DNA from: an uncultured Planctomycetota bacterium
GTDB lineage: Bacteria; Planctomycetota; Planctomycetia; Isosphaerales; Isosphaeraceae
Direction: 5' to 3'
NCBI GenBank assembly: GCA_963823665.1
Contig: CAWGMQ010000010.1
Location: 1,856,001-1,920,000, forward strand
DNA length: 64,000 nt
The position numbers and the translations under genes are program-made. Below are positions 11,154 through 18,984 of this stretch, piece after piece (within the stretch, counting starts at the first letter, position 1; the number at the start of each line of letters is the position of its first letter). The notes below the pieces were generated by a model. That model worked only from the letters and a program-made list of their open reading frames with translations, was not told the origin of the DNA and did not search any database.

Positions 11154-14015
11154 ATGTCAAGTGGGACTACACCCTCGCTGGTAAGCCAGCTCGGTTCGCT
11201 GTTCGATGGCGGTTCGGTCGCCGGGTTGACCGACCGCCAGCTCATCGAGCGGTTCAACGGCCGCTGCGATGCCGCCGCCGAAATCGCTTTCGGCGCGCTG
11301 GTGGCCCGGCACGGGGCGATGGTTTTACACGTCTGCCGCGGGCTCCTGGGCGACCGTCATCATGCCGAGGACGCTTTCCAGGCCGTCTTCCTGGTGCTGG
11401 CGCGGAAGGCCCGGTCGATTCGCGATCCCGACTTGCTGGGAAACTGGCTCTATGGGGTCGCGCTCCGCACCGCCCGCAAGGCACGCGTCCAACTGATCCG
11501 CCGGCGCAAGCATGAGGAGATCGACCCCATGAGTCGGCCCGGCGCTCCGATCGAACCGATGGTCGAGCCGGCCGAGCCGGCGGTCCTGGCGCGCGAGCAG
11601 GCCGAGATCTTGCATCGCGAGATCGACCGTCTGCCCGGCCCGTTCCGGCTGCCGGTCGTGCTCTGCTACCTCGAGGGCCTCACCCTCGACGAGGCGGCCC
11701 GACGGCTCAAGTGCCCCGCCGGCACCGTGCGCAGCCGGCTGGCCCGCGCCTGCGACAAGCTCCGCCGCAGCCTGAAGCGCCAAGGCGTCGCCTTGTCCGG
11801 GGCAGGTCTGGCCGCCGCCTTGAGCCCTCGATCGGCCGCGGCCTTGGTCTCGCCCCTTCTGTCCGACATCACGACCAAGGCCGCGATGAACTTCGCGGCC
11901 GGACTGGCCGCCGCGCCCGCCGCGACGGCCCTGGCGCAGGAGGTGCTGAGATCCATGATGATTCACAAGGTGAAATACGCCGCGCTCACGCTGGTCTTCC
12001 TCGGAGCCGCCGCGGGCGGTGCCCGGTTCGTTGGTCAGGTACCGGAGCGTCAGGCTGGAAAGCCTGACCTACCTCTGATCGCGGAGAAGCCCGCTCCGGG
12101 CCGGATGTTCGTGGTGGGTCGCGTGCTCGACCCCGACGGCAAGCCGGTGCCAAACGCGACGGCGATGGTGTGTGCTGCGCTCAAGCAGCCGGTGCGCGGC
12201 GACAGGTTCGAGAATCAACTGTCGTCGACCGGCCAGGCGCAGAGCGACGTCTCGGGCCGGTTCCGGCTCGACGCGATCCGCACCTCCTCATCGCTTCATG
12301 AGGAGGCCGTCGCCGTCGCCATCGCGCCTGGCTACGGCGCGGGCTGGGTCGATCTGGACCCTGACGCCGATCAACCCACGGCCGACATCACGCTGCAACC
12401 CGAACAGGTGATCCAGGGGCGTGTCTTCGATATCCAGGGCCGGCCCGTCCGGGGCGTCAGGATCGCGGTCGAAGCCATGGGCCGCGTCCTCCGGGACCCG
12501 GAAGGCGACCCCGAGGACGATGGCCTCGAAGGCCCCACGTTCACGGGGACGAGTCACGACAAGCATCTGCCGGCCTGGCCCCGCCCGGCGCTCACCGATG
12601 CCGACGGCCGCTTCACCGTGCGCAGCGCGGGCCGGAATCTCCGGGTCGTCTTGATGATCGATGATCCGAGGTTCGCCGTGCAATGGACCAACGTTGATAC
12701 CGACGGAGCTCCCAGCTCGAAACCGGTCGTCATCGCCGTGGAACTGGCGAGGATCATCGTGGGGCGCGTGCTGGCTGCGGACACGAAAAAACCGATCGCG
12801 AAAGCCCTCATTTCCGCCACTGACGGCGATGTCGTCGAGACCGACGCTCTTGGGCGGTACCGCACCCGTGCCCTCGGACGCTTTCCTCGTGCCGAAGCAT
12901 CTGAGCGCTGCATCGTCATGGTGAACGCTCCCAGGGGACAACCTTATCTGAACGTCCGGACGGAAGAGTTCGAATGGCCGAAAGGTGCCATCGAGCATCG
13001 GGTCGATCTGGTCTTGCCGAGGGGAGTTATGGTTCGCGGGAAGGTGACCGACGAGGGATCCGGAAGGCCGATCGCAGGGACGATGGTCGGCTATCTATCT
13101 TGGCCGACCCGGGCTCCCCAATCCGACGCTGGGTATGGATTGGCATGGGCGGGGCCGGACGGAACATTCCAGCTCGCGGTCTCGCCCAAATCGAAACATC
13201 TCGTCGCCTGGGGCCCGAGCGAGGACTATGTGCTTCAGGAGGCCGACGAGCGGATGATCCAGGAGGGCGGGCCCGGCGGCCGTCGCTTGTACGCACACGC
13301 CTTCATCGCCTACGACCGAAAACCTGGCGGTGACGCTCGGGACGTTCATGTCGTGCTCCGCCGCAGTAGCGCCGTGAAGGGCCGGGTCATCGACCCGGAC
13401 CGACAGCCGGTCCAGGAGGCCCTGATCGTGAGTCGAAGCCTCCTGATGCCGTCGGGGTTGCCTTCGCGTTCCTGGCAGGGAAGCTACCAGGGGCATATAC
13501 GCAACGGTCATTTCGAGCTGCATGGCCTGGCAGCCGACCAACAGATCCCTGTCTTCTTTCTCCAACCAAAGCGGAAGCTGGGCGCGATGGTCAATCTCTC
13601 GGGCAAGTCGGGCGCGGGCGGCCCGGTCACTGTCCGCCTCGACCCCTGCGGCCAGGCCAAGGCACGGCTTGTCGACCGGGCGGGAAAGCCGATCGCGGGG
13701 CATCGCGACCCGTATGTCATCGGCATCGTCGTCACTCCCGGCCCATCCAGGTTGAGCAGCGATCAGGGAGATGAGGGAGGCCTGGAGGCCGATCAAGATT
13801 ATCTGTGCCGGATCGACCCCATCAACTATCCGGATGGCTCGATCTCCGATACGAAGGGCTACGTGACATTCCCCGCCTTGATCCCAGGTGCCACGTATCG
13901 GATTCACGACATGAGCGACGAAGACGGCGGGCAACTTCGCAAGACATTCACGGTCAAACCCGGTGAGACCTTCGACCTGGGGGATGTCGTGATTCAGAAG
14001 CCGGAAGCGGAATGA
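11154..14015 (+). CDS. ECF sigma-70 factor with TM helix and C-terminal carboxypeptidase-regulatory-like beta-sandwich repeats
   Basis: Region 2 (LVARHGAMV...AEDAFQAVFLVLARKA) and region 4 (LCYLEGLT..EAA..L..PAGTVRSRLARA). TM helix, then repeated GRV.D..G.P(V/I) motifs. Confidence 0.93.
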   Translation: MSSGTTPSLVSQLGSLFDGGSVAGLTDRQLIERFNGRCDAAAEIAFGALVARHGAMVLHVCRGLLGDRHHAEDAFQAVFLVLARKARSIRDPDLLGNWLYGVALRTARKARVQLIRRRKHEEIDPMSRPGAPIEPMVEPAEPAVLAREQAEILHREIDRLPGPFRLPVVLCYLEGLTLDEAARRLKCPAGTVRSRLARACDKLRRSLKRQGVALSGAGLAAALSPRSAAALVSPLLSDITTKAAMNFAAGLAAAPAATALAQEVLRSMMIHKVKYAALTLVFLGAAAGGARFVGQVPERQAGKPDLPLIAEKPAPGRMFVVGRVLDPDGKPVPNATAMVCAALKQPVRGDRFENQLSSTGQAQSDVSGRFRLDAIRTSSSLHEEAVAVAIAPGYGAGWVDLDPDADQPTADITLQPEQVIQGRVFDIQGRPVRGVRIAVEAMGRVLRDPEGDPEDDGLEGPTFTGTSHDKHLPAWPRPALTDADGRFTVRSAGRNLRVVLMIDDPRFAVQWTNVDTDGAPSSKPVVIAVELARIIVGRVLAADTKKPIAKALISATDGDVVETDALGRYRTRALGRFPRAEASERCIVMVNAPRGQPYLNVRTEEFEWPKGAIEHRVDLVLPRGVMVRGKVTDEGSGRPIAGTMVGYLSWPTRAPQSDAGYGLAWAGPDGTFQLAVSPKSKHLVAWGPSEDYVLQEADERMIQEGGPGGRRLYAHAFIAYDRKPGGDARDVHVVLRRSSAVKGRVIDPDRQPVQEALIVSRSLLMPSGLPSRSWQGSYQGHIRNGHFELHGLAADQQIPVFFLQPKRKLGAMVNLSGKSGAGGPVTVRLDPCGQAKARLVDRAGKPIAGHRDPYVIGIVVTPGPSRLSSDQGDEGGLEADQDYLCRIDPINYPDGSISDTKGYVTFPALIPGATYRIHDMSDEDGGQLRKTFTVKPGETFDLGDVVIQKPEAE

Positions 14016-14025
14016 ACCCCGACGA

Positions 14026-14667
14026 TCAGCCGCCGAGCGGGTTGGCGGCGATGAAGTCGCAGAAATTCGGCCGGCGGTAGCCGGGTAGCGTCCGTTCCAG
14101 CACGTCGGAGTTCATTGTCCCGAAAGCCGTCACCGGCTTATGGGCGAAGCCGTCTGAGAACGCCTGGACGATTCCTCGCTTGAAGTCGATACGCGGGTAG
14201 GCGGCCAGCACGGAGTCCCGGTCGCTGGCCGGGATCTCGTCGAGGCCATCGCCGAGGACATCCGCCTCGACTCCGCCCGTGACCAGCGCGATCTCCGGCC
14301 GCTTGTGCCAGGGGATCTCCGGCGTCGTGTGCAGGGCGATCGCGTCCCACACGACGCCGGCCGACGCTTCATCGATGCCATTGGCCCGCAGGAATTCTCG
14401 GGCCGTGTTCGCACTATCGATCTCGAAGCGATGGTCCGGGCTGCGGTACTTCGCGGTCAGGCCCAGGTCGTGGAACACAGCCCCGAAATACAGCAGCTCG
14501 TGATCGACCGCCAGTCCCCGGTGGCGGCCCCGGATCGCCCCGAACAGGTAGACCCTCAGGGAGTGAGCGAGGATCAACGGCGTGCCATGCTCGCGCAGCA
14601 GGTCGGTTGCTTCCCGAGCCAGCTTGCTGTCGGGGATTCGGATCCCCGCGATGACTTCAGACATCAT
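14026..14667 (-). CDS. HD-domain metal-dependent phosphohydrolase (cyanamide-hydratase-like)
   Basis: HSLRVY...FHDLGL...RFEID...WDAIALHT motifs. Confidence 0.9.
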   Translation of the reverse strand: MMSEVIAGIRIPDSKLAREATDLLREHGTPLILAHSLRVYLFGAIRGRHRGLAVDHELLYFGAVFHDLGLTAKYRSPDHRFEIDSANTAREFLRANGIDEASAGVVWDAIALHTTPEIPWHKRPEIALVTGGVEADVLGDGLDEIPASDRDSVLAAYPRIDFKRGIVQAFSDGFAHKPVTAFGTMNSDVLERTLPGYRRPNFCDFIAANPLGG

Positions 14668-14724
14668 TCGACTCCTACGTAGGGCGTGGTATCCACGAAA
14701 AGCTGATCGCGTATGTGGCCGATC

Positions 14725-14900
14725 AGCAGGAGATGATGGAGTTCCCGCCCGTCCAGTTCTCCGATCGCGTAGAACCCGTCCCACGGCTCGCCAAACGCGA
14801 ACCCGAGCTTCTGGTAGTAGGCCATCGAGCGCGCAAGGTCACCGACCAGGAACTGGGGAGCGAACGACGTCACCCGCGGCTGCCGTTCAGGGTTGACCAT
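14725..14900 (-). pseudogene. Truncated VOC/glyoxalase family gene
   Basis: APQFLVGDLARSMAYYQKLGF...DGRELH. Homology ends after about 55 aa. Confidence 0.7.
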
Positions 14901-15110
14901 TTCGTGTTGAACTTCGTGTGTGTAGCCGCCTGACTTGTCATTATCCAACAAGAACGGGTAGATAATACAGTGCCGGCATCAGCCAGACAACAACGGGACT
15001 CACTAATGTCTGAACAGCATGGGGCGAATTCGGGGTGCTTCGGGAAAGCGGGTGAAACCATGACGCGAAGGCGTCTTAAACTCGGCACACTAAAGAGACC
15101 GGGGTGAACT

Positions 15111-15833
15111 TTGAGTCACAAACGATGGTGGCCTATCATCACGACTATGTTATTCGCACATCTCCTCGCTGTCGTTGTGATCGGTCTTTGCGAGTTCGTT
15201 TTCACGAGTGCTCGCGAGTCAATGAATTGTATTCCATCCAGTCCACGGTGGGAGACTCTTTGCTACTGGTTTCAATCGGGACGCATGCGACCCCTGTCGG
15301 ATTTTTTTACCGCCTTTGATATCAAACGCTTCAACGCGACCATCGCGGGTATTGTTCTTCTCGGAATGGGGCTCGGCTGGTCAATATGGCTCATGGAACC
15401 GCTTCGGCTCACCCTCCGTTTCCGACTCCGTACGATGATGGCCATCATCGCAGTTTTGCCGATCGAGGTTACCGCGGGTGCGGACGTATGGAACCGGTGG
15501 GCGCGGTGGGATGCTGATCAACGGTTTGCCCCTCTTGCCGCCTTTTTTTCTTCTCAGCGTCAAGAGATTTACGTCCAGGTCGGCGACTCACTTTCCGTCG
15601 AGGTGCACGACCCTTTGCCAGGCACACCACTTCACGGCGATTGGATCGTGCGTGCCGACGGTAAGATCGATCTAGACCGTTACGGGCGAGTCTACGTCAG
15701 CGGCCTGACTGCTTCGGAGACGAAGGAGAAAATCATTAGTCGTCTGCAAAAGCACCTCGGAGATCGGCGGCTCCTACCGATCGCGGCTTCAGAGCTCGAT
15801 TCTCGTACCACCGTCCGGATTAACAGGAAATAG
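15111..15833 (+). CDS. Membrane protein with C-terminal polysaccharide-export (Wza N-terminal-like) domain
   Basis: Hydrophobic segments, internal RFRLRTMM motif, and YVQVGDSLSVEV...VRADGKIDL..YGRVYVSGLT..E. Start uncertain. Confidence 0.75.
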   Translation: MSHKRWWPIITTMLFAHLLAVVVIGLCEFVFTSARESMNCIPSSPRWETLCYWFQSGRMRPLSDFFTAFDIKRFNATIAGIVLLGMGLGWSIWLMEPLRLTLRFRLRTMMAIIAVLPIEVTAGADVWNRWARWDADQRFAPLAAFFSSQRQEIYVQVGDSLSVEVHDPLPGTPLHGDWIVRADGKIDLDRYGRVYVSGLTASETKEKIISRLQKHLGDRRLLPIAASELDSRTTVRINRK

Positions 15834-15902
15834 AGGGCATTGGGCGAAACCGCTGTCCGGTAGAACTTGAAGTCGCCGTCGCGTGCCTGGAGACCGCTGC
15901 TC

Positions 15903-16586
15903 CTACGAGATCCACAAAACGTTGCATGCCCGTTCGTAGCTCTGCTCCAAGTCGAGCGCGATCACCAGATCGTCGCGCAACGATAGAGGCAACGTCGGCA
16001 ATGGCTGGCCGACCACCAGTGTGTGCGACCAGGCCTCGAGCCGCGCTCGTGTGCCTTTGGTCACCCACCGGCAAGAGGCCGCATAGATCGGCGGCTCCTC
16101 GTTCGCCATCGTCCGGTCCGGATGCCCTACGATTTCCATCAACTGGGCATACAAGTTGAATCGGCGGATGGTGACCAGATCGACGAGGCTCACAGCGACC
16201 CCGTTGCGGAGCAAGGCGGCAGATTTGGGGACAAAGGCCTGGGGCGACTCCGGTCGATCCTTGTTGGCTGGGCTGACAAATTCGATGGCAGCGACCAGCG
16301 TTCGTTCTCGCTCCACATCAAAGATACGGACTTCGTACTCGTATTCATCGGGCGGGTCGGTCTCAACTGACACCACCGGGGCCGTCACAGTCCAGGGGAC
16401 GGTGGCCGTGCCGCCATTGCCATCGATTTCGATCAGCGTGCCGAGATTGACGCGCGGCTCGGCAACGTACCCGGGCGGGAGCTGTTTCCGCAGTTGCTGA
16501 ATGATGGTCGCCGGCCACATGCCATGGAAACCCTCCCACGATGCTTTCTTGCTCACAGGGTGGCGAAAATGATCGCGAAGCGGCAT
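15903..16586 (-). CDS. DUF4058 family protein (carries an in-frame deletion relative to the second copy)
   Basis: MPLRDHF..P....SWEGFH..W, LVAAIEFVSPANKDRP, LPTLPL.L...LDLEQSYE. Confidence 0.85.
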   Translation of the reverse strand: MPLRDHFRHPVSKKASWEGFHGMWPATIIQQLRKQLPPGYVAEPRVNLGTLIEIDGNGGTATVPWTVTAPVVSVETDPPDEYEYEVRIFDVERERTLVAAIEFVSPANKDRPESPQAFVPKSAALLRNGVAVSLVDLVTIRRFNLYAQLMEIVGHPDRTMANEEPPIYAASCRWVTKGTRARLEAWSHTLVVGQPLPTLPLSLRDDLVIALDLEQSYERACNVLWIS

Positions 16587-16766
16587 GGCCCTCTCCTTCA
16601 TCGCAATTGTATCACGACGACCGTCGATCTCCGACCGGCTAAACGACGCAAAAACCGTTGGCACGATGGCGCCACCTCGTGTGATAATGTCATGGCCGAC
16701 TCCGTCCGGGAGGTGCGGCTTGGTCGACGCCGTTGACTCGGGTGCTTGTGGAAAGCGGGTGACACA

Positions 16767-17264
16767 ATGACGCGAAGGCTTTGGTACCTGATGGCGTTCG
16801 CGGCGGTGTTCGGGATCTTTTTGTCGATCGCAACGTCATCGCTTCAGTCCGGCGGGAACGATGCGACGTTGGCGATCAACGTCGACGACATCGGAACGAA
16901 GGTGACTCTTGTTGGTCGTCTGGGCCAGCCGCTTGGCAAGATGATGAAGCTTCGAGGCTCGTGGAAGTATCCGCGCGGCCTCGTGAAGGACGACTCGCTG
17001 AGGTTCACGGTAACCGAGGTGAACGGCCACAAACTCGCAACACCGGTCGAGTTGAATATCGCGCAGATCCGCGCCCGCTCGGACGATGATAAGGATGCAA
17101 TTCCACAGTACCAGCACCAGAAGGCTCTCGATGGTGTCGCTTGGACTCTCAATGCCTATGAAACGGGCCGCTTCTCGGCGGTCCCCCAGTCCGGCTTCAG
17201 TGTGGCACTTCCCTACTGGCAGCGCACGTTCACTTCGGAAGTGGTCGGCACGGTGGTGCCATGA
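16767..17264 (+). CDS. Secreted/membrane-anchored hypothetical protein, copy A
   Basis: N-terminal hydrophobic segment; close paralogue at 30299-30793. Confidence 0.85.
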   Translation: MTRRLWYLMAFAAVFGIFLSIATSSLQSGGNDATLAINVDDIGTKVTLVGRLGQPLGKMMKLRGSWKYPRGLVKDDSLRFTVTEVNGHKLATPVELNIAQIRARSDDDKDAIPQYQHQKALDGVAWTLNAYETGRFSAVPQSGFSVALPYWQRTFTSEVVGTVVP

Positions 17265-17296
17265 TTTGAAGCGTTCGGACCAGCACAGGAGACCCG

Positions 17297-17851
17297 ATGC
17301 TCAGAGCTTACCAGCGAAAGTTCACCCTGCTCGATGTGATGATCTTTGTCGCTGCGACTGGAGTGGCCCTTGGGTGGGAGCGTGTTTATCTGACTTTTGT
17401 TGCTACCGGCCTGGCGGCGATGCCACGTCAGATGGTGATGAAATACTACTTGTACGGAATCGTACCTTTCTTGGTGATGTATGCAGCGATACTGTTGATC
17501 TTGAGCCTGAAACTCTTCCCATCGCCGATTCGTAGCGTTGCCAGACGGCCGGGGACTATAGCGTGTTTTGCCATCATGCTCGGGGTTGTCGCTGCTGGTT
17601 TATCGGTATTCGTTGAGCTCGCTTTCTCGGCGTTCGTCTACAGAACCCTCACTGGAGGGAGAGACATCTACTCAGCGATAGTAGCCATTTTCACTCAACG
17701 CGTCTGGATTGCCGCACCTATCGTGGCAGGTGCGTGGTTGGCCCTCATCCTGACTGCCCGCTGGCGACCTGCCCCCGACTGGGTCGACAGGGCAGGCCGT
17801 GTCTTGGGAATCTGTATGGTCCTGGCCCACTTCATTTCCATGTCGTGCTAG
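17297..17851 (+). CDS. Multi-pass membrane protein (RKFTLLDVM N-terminus)
   Basis: About five hydrophobic helices, C-terminal RWRPAPDWVDRAGR, and an aggag SD. Confidence 0.8.
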   Translation: MLRAYQRKFTLLDVMIFVAATGVALGWERVYLTFVATGLAAMPRQMVMKYYLYGIVPFLVMYAAILLILSLKLFPSPIRSVARRPGTIACFAIMLGVVAAGLSVFVELAFSAFVYRTLTGGRDIYSAIVAIFTQRVWIAAPIVAGAWLALILTARWRPAPDWVDRAGRVLGICMVLAHFISMSC

Positions 17852-17877
17852 ATCGAAATCCCGATCCCAGGTGCCTG

Positions 17878-18222
17878 GGAACTCCCTGGAACGAGGCCGC
17901 CAAGCTGGTTCTCGACCCCAAAGTGGACGGCCTGTACTACTGGCTATTGATCAACGAGGCCGGCGAACAAAAGCCTCATTACGGGCGATTCACCGTCGTC
18001 GATCGTCCATCGAAGGTCCAGTACACGTGGATGTCGCTCCATGCGCGTGGTCTCGAATCGCTTGTGACCGTGACGTTCCAGAAAAAGGGCAAGGACACCC
18101 TTCTGACTCTTCGTCACGAGAACTTGCCGGATGACGAGTACGGACGAGGTCACGAGCAGGGCTGGGGTTACCTTTTGAGCCGATTTGCGGATCGATTTCC
18201 GCGCGATCGTGACCAGGCGTGA
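17878..18222 (+). pseudogene. 5'-truncated SRPBCC/AHSA1 domain gene
   Basis: LDPKVDGLYY...PHYGRF..VDRPSKVQYTW...TLLTLRHENLP...HEQGW. No plausible start. Confidence 0.75.
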
Positions 18223-18322
18223 CTTCAGAGACGAGCTGGTCGAGCTCCATTGGACTGAGTTGCTCGATCGCTTTCAGATGCGACTCACGAGAGACCTCTG
18301 CTTCGAGATGAATGGTGGGCAT
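18222..18322 (-). pseudogene. N-terminal fragment of a small antitoxin-like protein
   Basis: ggag SD followed by MPTIHLEAEVSRESHLKAIEQLSPMELDQLVSEV, which then runs into the antisense of the SRPBCC fragment. Confidence 0.45.
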
Positions 18323-18464
18323 GTCGCCAGCTCCGAAAAATCGGACAGAAGATCCAGATGCCTGATCAATCTCGGTAATTCGTTCCGTTTCCTTTTCGGG
18401 GCCGCGGTCAGGTGTAGCGTCTGGTCCGGCGGCGGTGCACAGGCGGCATCTTTGCAAGAAGGCG

Positions 18465-18983
18465 TCAGGCGAAATTTGCACGACGCGACACGCCCCGTTC
18501 AATGCAACCGAGCAACGTCCACCAATCGCGATCCTGTAGCGCTTTCAGTAGGACCCACAGATTCGGCAACGCATGGCTGCGGATGATACCGTCCTCATCG
18601 GGCTCGACTAACCGGTAGCAACCCGCGTCCAATCGATGCCAAAGCACGCCCGGTTCGGCGTCGACGAAAACGACGAGGTACTCCTGAACTCCGAAATTGC
18701 AGAACCGATCACGGCGACGCAAAAAGTCCTGATCGTCTTCCGAGTAAAACACGTCGAGCACGAAATTCGGTGCTCCATGAAATACCTCGTCGCGCACCTC
18801 ACACTGTTTCTTCCGTCCATAGTTCACCATCGCCACCAGTCCGGGAACCTCCGATTCCTCCGGGGATAACTGGACCTTTGCCAGAACGCACACGTACCAT
18901 CCCGGCGAAAACAAGCGATACCGGTTGACGCACAAAGCCAGGTCCGTCAGAAGCGCGGATTGATGGACTCCGAGCTCAAGCAT
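18465..18983 (-). CDS. Uma2 (DUF820)-like endonuclease-fold protein, probably 5'-truncated
   Basis: HGAPNFVLDV...FGVQEYLVV...WHRLDAGCY....PDEDGIIRSHALPNLW. Confidence 0.7.
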   Translation of the reverse strand: MLELGVHQSALLTDLALCVNRYRLFSPGWYVCVLAKVQLSPEESEVPGLVAMVNYGRKKQCEVRDEVFHGAPNFVLDVFYSEDDQDFLRRRDRFCNFGVQEYLVVFVDAEPGVLWHRLDAGCYRLVEPDEDGIIRSHALPNLWVLLKALQDRDWWTLLGCIERGVSRRANFA

Positions 18984-18984
18984 T

